In this document: piece by piece, positions 20,211 to 28,243 of the stretch | How the letters are laid out: each line of letters starts with the position of its first letter | Numbering within the stretch: the stretch's first letter is position 1 | Assembly: GCA_900763885.1 (NCBI GenBank) | Contig: CAAFLY010000247.1 | Coordinates: 383 to 64,382 of the forward strand | DNA from: Clostridia bacterium | GTDB lineage: Bacteria > Bacillota > Clostridia > Oscillospirales > CAG-272 | DNA: 64,000 bases | Direction of reading: 5' to 3' | Program-made: the position numbers and the translations under genes | Notes under the pieces: generated by a model | The model's input: the letters and a program-made list of their open reading frames with translations, nothing else | Databases searched by the model: none | What the model was told of the DNA's origin: nothing

Positions 20211-20433
20211 ATCGTTTTGGCTCCGTGATACGGTGACTTACACGCAAAAAGGCACACCTGTCCCTGTCCGGTTACAGATGTACCTCTATTGTATGTATCC
20301 TATTCCAGTATCGGGGAATACTGTCCCCGGTATTGTCACCGTCCATGATCGGAAATGTGTCTCCTTGTCGTTGTGGACCGCAGCAATCGGTCCGGTTGTC
20401 CTATAGTATAGCACAGCCGCGGCGAAAAGTCAA
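20211..20433 (-). promoter_or_regulatory. Promoter (TTGACT-17-TATACT) plus about 188-nt leader containing an intrinsic terminator: candidate attenuator or riboswitch
   Basis: -35 at 20433-20428 and -10 at 20410-20405 (minus strand). Leader hairpin GGTACATCTGT-12 nt-ACAGGTGTGCC followed by TTTTT (about 20246-20284), upstream of the CNNM start. Confidence 0.5.
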
Positions 20434-20482
20434 GCGGTTTCGACAAATTGTACAAAAATACTCCGTCACCCTGTCCTCCGCG

Positions 20483-21823
20483 TCATTGCCGCATAACGAC
20501 CTGCTTCTCTATCACAAAGTGGACGTACAGGACGGCGGCGGTGATCACGAGGAAGGACAGGAGGGAGAGGAGCTGCTGTCCGTACAGGGGGACGCCGAGG
20601 ACCATGTTGCCGTTTTCCTGCACCGCGGACAGGATGCGCGCGCCGAGGAGGGAGGCAAGGAATCCGCATACGCCGCCAATGCTGTTCTTGATCGCGCACG
20701 CCGGAACGAAATACTCCATCGGCACATAGCTATAGACGATGTTCAGCGAATTCTGATTCGTCCCCGCCGCGCTGACCGCATAGAGCACCGTGAACAGCAC
20801 CACAAAAAGCTTCGCGGACGGCTGGGAGAACATATTCAGGAAAAAGCCCACAGCCGCTATGCACAGTGCCAGCTCCATCCCACGCGCATAGGACGTCCTG
20901 TCCGAGAAGCGGCCGAACGGCTTCGAGAGGAAAAACCGCGCCAGATTCCCCGCGATGTTGATCAGCTGCACCGTCCCGACCGTCAGCATCAGCTCCTTCA
21001 CCTTGTAGATCCCCATGAACCCGATCGTCAGATACCGCCCCACGTCAAAGAGCACCGTGAGCAGTACCACGTGCCGGAACGCCGCGCTGCCCAGTGTGTT
21101 TGCCAGAATCTCCCGCATGGATCGTCTGTGCTGCGCCTCCGCGGACTGCACCCGCCGGATGAGGGAAAGACTGATGAAATTGCACACCGATATGAGCAGT
21201 CCCGCGATTGCGACGAAGAGGAAGCTGCCGTAGAGATTGCCCGCCGCCTCGTACCGGTCCATCACAAAGCCCACCACAAACGTGAACACCATCCCGGACA
21301 GAAGCGAGATCATCTCCTTCTCCGCCGAGTATACCCCGCGCTTCCCCGGATCCACAAACGAATTGCCCCACTTGTAGATCATCGAGGTCATGAAATAATT
21401 GCAGAAGTACGCCGCCAGGATGCACACCACCACCAGTGCCGTCTTGACCGAGTGCGCAAACGGCAGAAACGGGATCAGGTACAGTCCCGTGAACAAAAGA
21501 CTGCTCAGCGTGTTGCACAGCATCCCCGCCGCCTTGACGTTTCGGATGTGCCCGACCACGAAGATCGACGCGAGCTGAAAGAGAAACGCCAGCGTGATGA
21601 ACGACGAGATCACCCCGATCTGCATATCGCTCAACCCAATCGTCGCGAGCAGCTTCGACAGGTACGCGTCCCCCGCCAGGATCGCGATGAAGTACTCAAA
21701 CGTACACTGCGCCTTGTACGCACCGCGCGAGATTCTGTACTCCCGCGACGCAAACCGTGCCGCATCCGCGCTCTCCGCCGTATCCACAGGGGTCCTCGCG
21801 CCGCGCGCCTTTGTCTTTTCCAT
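20483..21823 (-). CDS. MFS transporter
   Basis: 446 aa, about 12 TM segments, typical MFS loop organisation. Confidence 0.75.
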   Translation of the reverse strand: MEKTKARGARTPVDTAESADAARFASREYRISRGAYKAQCTFEYFIAILAGDAYLSKLLATIGLSDMQIGVISSFITLAFLFQLASIFVVGHIRNVKAAGMLCNTLSSLLFTGLYLIPFLPFAHSVKTALVVVCILAAYFCNYFMTSMIYKWGNSFVDPGKRGVYSAEKEMISLLSGMVFTFVVGFVMDRYEAAGNLYGSFLFVAIAGLLISVCNFISLSLIRRVQSAEAQHRRSMREILANTLGSAAFRHVVLLTVLFDVGRYLTIGFMGIYKVKELMLTVGTVQLINIAGNLARFFLSKPFGRFSDRTSYARGMELALCIAAVGFFLNMFSQPSAKLFVVLFTVLYAVSAAGTNQNSLNIVYSYVPMEYFVPACAIKNSIGGVCGFLASLLGARILSAVQENGNMVLGVPLYGQQLLSLLSFLVITAAVLYVHFVIEKQVVMRQ

Positions 21824-21860
21824 ATCCGCCTATCTCCCTCCCGGTTTTGACCATCGTGCC

Positions 21861-21889
21861 ATTATACCACGTCCGGCGGCAGGAATCAA
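21861..21889 (-). promoter_or_regulatory. Sigma-A-type promoter for the MFS gene (TTGATT-17-TATAAT)
   Basis: Minus strand: TTGATT (21889-21884), 17-nt spacer, TATAAT (21866-21861). Confidence 0.5.
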
Positions 21890-21920
21890 GCCCTTTGGCT
21901 GCGAAACATTTTCGTAAACG

Positions 21921-23996
21921 TCATTCCTCCCACTTCCCGGCACCGCGGCAGTACAGGATCCATCGCGCCCGATCCAGGGGATTGACGCCGCGTCTGGGCG
22001 TTTCATGCATCTCTCCCGCGGGGCATTCGCTGTAGCCATAGAAATCCGACGCGCACGACGCCTTGCCGGAGGTGGTGGACGCGATCCAGACCGAGAAATA
22101 CATCGTGGTCGCAAGCGGGAGGATCGCCTCGATGGACGCGGTATCGCCCGTCACGACCGGTGTATCGTAGGTCCCGCGCCGACTCGTGATCTGCGAGAGA
22201 ATCTTGCCGGATAGCTCCATGGGGCAGGTGATCCGCCAGCGCATGAGCGGCTCAAGCAGCGTGGTCCCGCATGCGACAAGTCCGTTCATGAACGCCATCG
22301 GGGTGCAGACGAAGAAGTCGAGCGGGTGCGTATGGATCGTGTGATGCTCGCCGCCGATGAGATCGCACCGGAAATCCGTGACCTCCCATCCGTGCAGGCC
22401 CTGCGCGAGACATTCCCCGAACGAACGGCGGATGTGGCTCTGGTACCGATAGAAAAGCCGATTGGACGGCAGTCTGCCATGATAGGACACGCCGTATCCG
22501 CGCGGCATGGGGGTGAATTTGAACTGCACGACCGCCCAGCACGGCTTCGGCATGGTATAATCGGCGTAGGCGATCCCCTCGCGCGTCGGCGTTTCCTTAT
22601 AGATAACGGTCGGATCGGAGAAGACCGCGCGCTTGCCGTACCGTTCCCACAGAAGGTTCTCAAGGATCTCCTGCTGCACGCCGCCGGTCAGTCGCACGAC
22701 GATCTCGGACTGGCCGTTTTCCCATTTCGCGTCGAGGTACGGCTCCTCCTCGGACAGCTCCCGCATCGCGTTTGCCAGCGACGGCAGGGCTTCTCCGGGC
22801 ATTTTCGCTTCGTCCTGCGCGGATGGCTTAACCTGCACGGACAGCAGCGGATGGGCAAGGCGGGCGGCATGGCCTCCGGTGACCTCTCCGACAAAATTGC
22901 CGCATTTCGCCCCGGTCAGACCGCACAGCACGCCAATATCCCCGGCGGTGACCGAACCCGCGTCCACGAATCTGCCCCCGTTTTGCACATCGGCGCGGCG
23001 GATCTGGGTGATCTTCCACGGTGCGGCAGGCGTATCGTCCTCCACGGGAACAGCGTCGTCCGGCTCGGGATCGGCGGTGGCGGGATCGGTTTGTGCGGCG
23101 GGATCGATGAGGGTGACGGAATCGCGGCTTTTGAGACTTCCCCCGAACAGGCGGATATACGCCATCTTGCCCATGGCGCGGTCGTGCTCGATCTTGAAAA
23201 TCACGCCGGAGAGGGCGTCCGACGCGCGACAGGCGGCGTCCGGCATGAGATCGGTGCAGAAATCGAGCAGCTCCGCGACGCCCGTGCCGTTTTTCGCGCA
23301 TCCCCAGAGAATCGGCGTGATCCTGCAGTCGCGGATGGCGGATCGCAGCTTTTCGCGCGCCACGGCGTCCGGCAGGGTGGTATCGGTGAGGAAGGCTTCC
23401 TCCGCGTCGGGATCGATCTCCGCGAGTGCCTCCGTAGCGGCCTGCGCCAGCGTGCGCGGGTGGATCATCGCGGCGGCGGTGCCAATACCGGAGACGGATT
23501 GCGCGTGCATATACGCCATGTGCGGTCCGGTGATACGGCGTAACGCGGCGGGCAGCGTGGCGGAATCGGGGGCGGAACGCTCGGCTCCCGCGCGGTCGAT
23601 CTTATTGACGAACAGGACACGCGGGGTGTGGCAGGCGTCGAGGGCGCGGAGGATATTTTCGGTATGCGCGCGCACGCCGTCCGGGGCGGATACGACGACA
23701 ATGGCAATATCCAGCGCGCCAAGACACCGCTCGACCTCCCCCGCGAAATCGACATGGCCGGGGGTATCGATGATGTTGACCGTCTTGCCGTGCCAGAAGA
23801 GCGACGCGGTGGCCGCCCGGACCGAGATCCCGCGCTCCCTCTCGACGGACAGCGAATCGGTGCGCGTGCTGCCGTTGTCCACGCTCCCCGCCTCCCGGAT
23901 GCTCCCCGCCGCGTACAGCATCCGCTCCGTCAGCGTGGTCTTTCCGGCGTCTACGTGCGCAAGGATCCCCAAATTCAAAAATGCACTCGCTGGCAT
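21921..23996 (-). CDS. TetM/TetO-family ribosomal-protection-type translational GTPase (divergent)
   Basis: 691 aa. N-terminus LGILAHVDAGKTTLTERMLYAAGSIREAGSVDNGSTRTDSLSVERERGISV..NIIDTPGHVDF..NKIDR aligns to the Tet(M)/(O)/(W) G domain. C-terminus PRRGVNPLDRARW parallels PRRPNSRIDKVRY. Confidence 0.65.
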   Translation of the reverse strand: MPASAFLNLGILAHVDAGKTTLTERMLYAAGSIREAGSVDNGSTRTDSLSVERERGISVRAATASLFWHGKTVNIIDTPGHVDFAGEVERCLGALDIAIVVVSAPDGVRAHTENILRALDACHTPRVLFVNKIDRAGAERSAPDSATLPAALRRITGPHMAYMHAQSVSGIGTAAAMIHPRTLAQAATEALAEIDPDAEEAFLTDTTLPDAVAREKLRSAIRDCRITPILWGCAKNGTGVAELLDFCTDLMPDAACRASDALSGVIFKIEHDRAMGKMAYIRLFGGSLKSRDSVTLIDPAAQTDPATADPEPDDAVPVEDDTPAAPWKITQIRRADVQNGGRFVDAGSVTAGDIGVLCGLTGAKCGNFVGEVTGGHAARLAHPLLSVQVKPSAQDEAKMPGEALPSLANAMRELSEEEPYLDAKWENGQSEIVVRLTGGVQQEILENLLWERYGKRAVFSDPTVIYKETPTREGIAYADYTMPKPCWAVVQFKFTPMPRGYGVSYHGRLPSNRLFYRYQSHIRRSFGECLAQGLHGWEVTDFRCDLIGGEHHTIHTHPLDFFVCTPMAFMNGLVACGTTLLEPLMRWRITCPMELSGKILSQITSRRGTYDTPVVTGDTASIEAILPLATTMYFSVWIASTTSGKASCASDFYGYSECPAGEMHETPRRGVNPLDRARWILYCRGAGKWEE

Positions 23997-24142
23997 GGTA
24001 TACCTCTCTATCGCTTATGATTTGGTACAGGGGACGCGCTGGCAGAACCCTTCCCGAAAAGGGCCACACCCCCTCCAAAAGCGTTTCTATCGGGGAGCTG
24101 GTGCCGTCCGCGTCCGTTATTTCTGTTTTCGGCCTTATTCTC

Positions 24143-24171
24143 ATTATACCAAAATTGTTGACAATATGCAA
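24143..24171 (-). promoter_or_regulatory. Sigma-A-type promoter (TTGCAT-17-TATAAT) for the TetM-like gene
   Basis: Minus strand: TTGCAT (24171-24166), 17-nt spacer, TATAAT (24148-24143); about 140-nt leader to ATG 23996. Confidence 0.55.
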
Positions 24172-24219
24172 GCGCAAAAAAGATGCTCGACCGGCAGCGG
24201 ATCGGGCATCCTTTATGGT

Positions 24220-25815
24220 TTACAGGGCTTCGTAGATCCTTGCCCCGCGTTTGTAGAGCCAGATCCACAGTGCTGCTGCAGCGGCGATGGTGACGGCGGT
24301 GACAGGGAGGAGATACAGCACGGCGTTGACCGGCCCCGGGAAGAGGAAATACACGATCACGGCAGCCGCACCATAGATCCAGCCGCCAAAGAGGCAGAGG
24401 AACACGGGCAGGCTTTGCTTGATCGGGATATTTTCATTCGACCAGGTGAGGTTCGGGTGCTTGAGATTGAGGGCCAGACCGAGCGCGGCGGAGAAAAACA
24501 CGTAGGCGGTCGCGGCGGCAAGGAGGAGCACGGTCTGGAGGATGGTCAATCGCAGTCCGATGGCGGCGCAGATACAATAAAGCGTCATCGGCACCGCGGT
24601 CAAGGCGACGTGCAGCCAGAGCTTGGCGCGCAAAATCTGCCACGCGGTGACGGGGAGGGACCTCGCGATCCAGAGATTTTTCCCTTCCAGAGAGACGGAG
24701 GGCGCGGAGATGTCGTTCATGGCGGCGAGGGCAAACGCACCCCCGACGGCAAAAACAACGGCTGCCTCCGCGGTACCGAGAAGCTCCGGGATCATCTCCG
24801 CGAGCATACCGCCCTTCCAGAGGAGCAGCACGGCGCAGATCGGGATGAGGAGGATCGCCATTCCGCAGTTGAGCATATAGTTCGCGCTGCTTGTAAAGCG
24901 GAACGCTTCGCGCCGGAGGAGAGCCATATCGGGAGAGTGGACCTTTTCCCTGCCGGCGACATACGCCTTTTTCCCGATGTTCTGCGGTGTGGTGGCAAGC
25001 CGGATGAAGCTATGGGCGATGAGGTACGCGGTGAGGACGACGAGCAGGACGGTGACGGCGGTGACGGACACGATGGCAAGGGGATCGCCGGTGCCCATTT
25101 TGCCGATGGCGTAGAGGGGATACGCCGCGCCCCGGATCTTCGCGCCCACGACAGCGGCATTGGCGACCAGCTCCGTGATCATGGACTGCGCGCGGAAGTA
25201 GACGAGGTAGTACAGACCGATGAACACCAGGGAGGCAAGCACGGTGATCACGCTCTTATGGCGCAGCTTGACGGAGATCTTCGCGACGACCCAGCCGAGC
25301 AGGCACGACAGCACCAGCACGAACAGCGTCACGCACACGACAAGCAAAATCGACCCGACGACGGCAAGCGGGGTCACGGGGACGGTCACGAAATAGACGA
25401 TCACGGCGGGGATGATGACAATCCCGGAGTACATCAGACCCATGAGGTACACGCCGAGGAGTCGGGACACCATGATCGCGCGCACGGGGATCGGCATGGA
25501 CAAGAGCAGGTCGTTGTCCCTGGCAAGGTACAGGCTCGCGAACGTATTGAACACGCTGCCGAATACACCGAGCGCTATGGAGATCATGGCGATGAGCAAA
25601 AAGTACAGCCACGGTACGCCGGCGTCCGACAGCGGTCGGCACAGGCTTATGGCAAAATACGTGAAGATCCCGCCGAGCACGCCGACGATCAAAAACGCGT
25701 ACAGGACAAACAGCCCGATCACAGCCCCCTTCGAGCGTGCCTTGTTCTTTTTCGCGTCATAGAAATACATCCGAAACATTTCGGCCATCTGTTTTTTCAA
25801 TAGAATCTTTATCAT
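24220..25815 (-). CDS. ABC exporter permease (large ABC-2 / 'putative ABC exporter' type)
   Basis: 531 aa from ATG 25815 (RBS AAAGGA, 9-nt spacing); at least 12 TM segments. Presumed partner of the ATPase at 28244-28948. Confidence 0.7.
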   Translation of the reverse strand: MIKILLKKQMAEMFRMYFYDAKKNKARSKGAVIGLFVLYAFLIVGVLGGIFTYFAISLCRPLSDAGVPWLYFLLIAMISIALGVFGSVFNTFASLYLARDNDLLLSMPIPVRAIMVSRLLGVYLMGLMYSGIVIIPAVIVYFVTVPVTPLAVVGSILLVVCVTLFVLVLSCLLGWVVAKISVKLRHKSVITVLASLVFIGLYYLVYFRAQSMITELVANAAVVGAKIRGAAYPLYAIGKMGTGDPLAIVSVTAVTVLLVVLTAYLIAHSFIRLATTPQNIGKKAYVAGREKVHSPDMALLRREAFRFTSSANYMLNCGMAILLIPICAVLLLWKGGMLAEMIPELLGTAEAAVVFAVGGAFALAAMNDISAPSVSLEGKNLWIARSLPVTAWQILRAKLWLHVALTAVPMTLYCICAAIGLRLTILQTVLLLAAATAYVFFSAALGLALNLKHPNLTWSNENIPIKQSLPVFLCLFGGWIYGAAAVIVYFLFPGPVNAVLYLLPVTAVTIAAAAALWIWLYKRGARIYEAL

Positions 25816-25837
25816 AATCAAAAATCCTTTATATGGA

Positions 25838-25938
25838 AGAGGGGAACGCGGCTTCTTGAGAACGAACTTGTTCGTTCCAGCCTTGGCAAGAACTTTTATA
25901 AATGGATGGGATTGACTTTTGTTTGTGCAGGTCCGGGG
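25838..25938 (+). repeat. Left arm of the element pair bracketing a 2.4 kb insert
   Basis: GGGGAACG, GCGGCTTCTTGAG-[GAACGAACTTGTTCGTTC hairpin]-CCAGCC, TTGGCAAGAACTTTTATA, ATGGATGGG, TTTGTTTGTGCAGGTCCGGGG. Confidence 0.75.
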
Positions 25939-26053
25939 CAGCGTTTGGGTTGGCTTGTTTGGCGATCACGCTTGATATGGGAGCGAACCGGCTATCGCAG
26001 GCGTTATTGGGGTGGGAACTTTATGTTTCTATCGCCGATTGCAATGTGCGGCC

Positions 26054-26629
26054 TCACTCGAAATTCGCCTTACACCACGGACAGCGGCGGCGGCCGGGGT
26101 TGATGAAGTTGCCGCAGACGGGGCAGAGATACTCCGCGTCGTCGGGGATGGGGCATTTCATGGGATATTTCAGACCGCGGAGGACGAGAACTCTGTCGCC
26201 CGGCTTATAATAAATCTCATTGGCGAGGACGCTTCTCTCCTTATAGGTGACACACAGCCGCTCGCCGTGGTCGCCGTCAAACACCACATCCGCCGTGGAG
26301 ACCTCCATTTCCCGCATCTGCTTCCACGTCATCGGCCCGGTCAGAGCTTTGAAGGTGGAGGAATATTTCGCGGAGACGACGGAGGCGTAAAAGGTTTTGC
26401 CGCACAGCGTGTTCTGCACCCGGAGCGGATAGAACGGCAGCACCCACAACAGCGGAAAGACAAAATTGGAGGGGGAGGTGAAGCCGCGCGCGAAATGGAC
26501 GGCGGTATACAGCCACGCGGCAAGCACCAATAGGATCCAGCCGATGGTCAGGGCAAGCACCCGGAGGTATCTGCGGTTTCCAAGGGCAAGCAGCTTGCGT
26601 TCGGTCTCAGGCGGGAATCGTTCTTTCAT
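26054..26629 (-). CDS. Hypothetical membrane protein with a C-terminal zinc ribbon
   Basis: 191 aa; two N-terminal TM helices, beta-rich middle, CPVCGNFINPGRRRCPWCKANF at the C-terminus. Confidence 0.6.
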   Translation of the reverse strand: MKERFPPETERKLLALGNRRYLRVLALTIGWILLVLAAWLYTAVHFARGFTSPSNFVFPLLWVLPFYPLRVQNTLCGKTFYASVVSAKYSSTFKALTGPMTWKQMREMEVSTADVVFDGDHGERLCVTYKERSVLANEIYYKPGDRVLVLRGLKYPMKCPIPDDAEYLCPVCGNFINPGRRRCPWCKANFE

Positions 26630-26654
26630 GGGAGGAACTCCTTTCTGTGGTCTG

Positions 26655-27917
26655 TTATCCTTTGTAGTAATAGCTGTCTGACTTTTCTTTTTCCCGGAGA
26701 CACCCGGTCAGATAGACATGCTGTCGTCTGACCTCATGGCGGCACCTGCGATAGAGGAAGAAATTGTACAGGCTGAAATAGAGGACATATATGATAAGGA
26801 AGACAGCGGTATCGACCGGGGATAGGCTGTGGTGGACGAAGATCGCCTCATACTTCCCGGCTGGATTGACATAGGCAATCGTGTAGAGGAGATACGTCAC
26901 GGGAGAGGTGAGTACGCCATACGCCGTGAACGGCAGCGGAATAAGCCCGACAAGGAACCGGAAAATCTCCCCGCCAAGCATCAGCCGCACCGCTTTTTTG
27001 TACCACCATTTTTCTTCATCCCGCAGAGAATACAGCTTCGGAACCACGGACGTCAGATAGCGATGAATAAGAAAGCTGGGGAGCAGCGCCGCCACCGGGA
27101 GTGTGCATAGGGCTTGCAGAACCGCATGGGTCGCACTCCCCTGCCACATGGACAAAAGCGAGGTAAAGCACAGGATGTAGTAATAGGCGGCAAGCTGCGC
27201 GCCGAGAGAAACCGCGGCGAATTTGCAGCGATCAACGGCGGTAACGTCTCTTTGGTAGTAGAAATCCCGCTTTATGATCTGTTCGTTCTGTGTCATTCCA
27301 TCTGCTCCGGATATATCCGCAGTCAGATTTTTCTTCTTGCATTCGCCCTCATACCCCCGCCATACTCTCTCAAACAACAGATAGAGCACGGCAAGCGTTA
27401 TGAGAAAATATACAAAATATACCGCGTGAAACGCGAGATGATCTGCCGCTATATATCCGGATTCCCGAATGGCGGAAAGACGGTTACGCGGTGACATGTA
27501 CACTATGTCGTAAAGGAAATTCGGCAAGAACGCGAATACGCCTTCAAAAAAACGATACCCAAATTCTAAGATATGTCCCGGTTCTGTCGGCAGGGACACA
27601 AGGATCCACCGCATGATCTCCGCAGGCAGCACCACACGGAGAAAGGTATCAAAAATCATCCGCCGTGAAGATACGCCATCGCCGCACTTCGGGACAATAT
27701 CGGGAATCTTATACCGGAAATATAACCACGTCAGGATTGGTGTACCGGCTATCAGAACTGCAAGGAAAAGCACAAGAACAAGCAAGCGATTGCTCGTGAC
27801 CGTTCGCAGCAGGGAAAGCACTACCAACGCCGCAATCGTCCCGCCAAGATTCGCAAGCATCATGACGACCCCATACTTCACCGTATCCCGAGCCGTAACA
27901 TTCCTCTTTGGATTCAT
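26655..27917 (-). CDS. Hypothetical polytopic membrane protein made of two homologous approximately 200-aa halves
   Basis: 420 aa from ATG 27917 (RBS GAGGAG). The halves share the order RD(T/V)..hydrophobic, (R/W)..(FLRVVLPAEI/VRLMLGGEIF), Y-rich TM pair and basic tail. Visibly AT-richer than its neighbours. Confidence 0.6.
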   Translation of the reverse strand: MNPKRNVTARDTVKYGVVMMLANLGGTIAALVVLSLLRTVTSNRLLVLVLFLAVLIAGTPILTWLYFRYKIPDIVPKCGDGVSSRRMIFDTFLRVVLPAEIMRWILVSLPTEPGHILEFGYRFFEGVFAFLPNFLYDIVYMSPRNRLSAIRESGYIAADHLAFHAVYFVYFLITLAVLYLLFERVWRGYEGECKKKNLTADISGADGMTQNEQIIKRDFYYQRDVTAVDRCKFAAVSLGAQLAAYYYILCFTSLLSMWQGSATHAVLQALCTLPVAALLPSFLIHRYLTSVVPKLYSLRDEEKWWYKKAVRLMLGGEIFRFLVGLIPLPFTAYGVLTSPVTYLLYTIAYVNPAGKYEAIFVHHSLSPVDTAVFLIIYVLYFSLYNFFLYRRCRHEVRRQHVYLTGCLREKEKSDSYYYKG

Positions 27918-28128
27918 ACTATTCTCCTCATTCGTAAGCCACATACGGAAACGCACCAAACCATATCCTGAGCGCACATCCCTACGTCGTCAAACGATCC
28001 AGCCGAACCGCCACCTTACGATAGCGCTGTCACAAACGACAAAAACCTCCTCACAATACAACCCGAACACACCACAGCCAACCAAGGTCGCAGCCCATCC
28101 GTCCGACTCAGTCAAAGCCAAAACTCCA

Positions 28129-28240
28129 CCCGGACCTGCACAGACTATATCCAGTCCCTTTTCATAAAAGTTTTGGGAGGTGTCGGAACCTTTTTGAAAA
28201 AAGGTTCTGACGTCGTTCTCCCCGTATCCCCCGTTCCCCC
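28129..28240 (-). repeat. Right arm of the element pair bracketing the 2.4 kb insert
   Basis: CCCGGACCTGCACAGACTATATCC, TTCATAAAAGTTTTGGG, palindrome GAACCTTTTT-G-AAAAAAGGTTC (28186-28207), C-tract cap CTCCCCGTATCCCCCGTTCCCCC ending 3 nt before the ATPase stop. Confidence 0.8.
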
Positions 28241-28243
28241 AAG

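Noticed and set aside
21921-23996. An acquired tet(M)/tet(W)-type resistance gene on a conjugative transposon
   Set aside because: Similarity is at the family level only. There are no Tn916/Tn5397-like integrase, excisionase or conjugation genes, and the GC content matches the surrounding chromosome.
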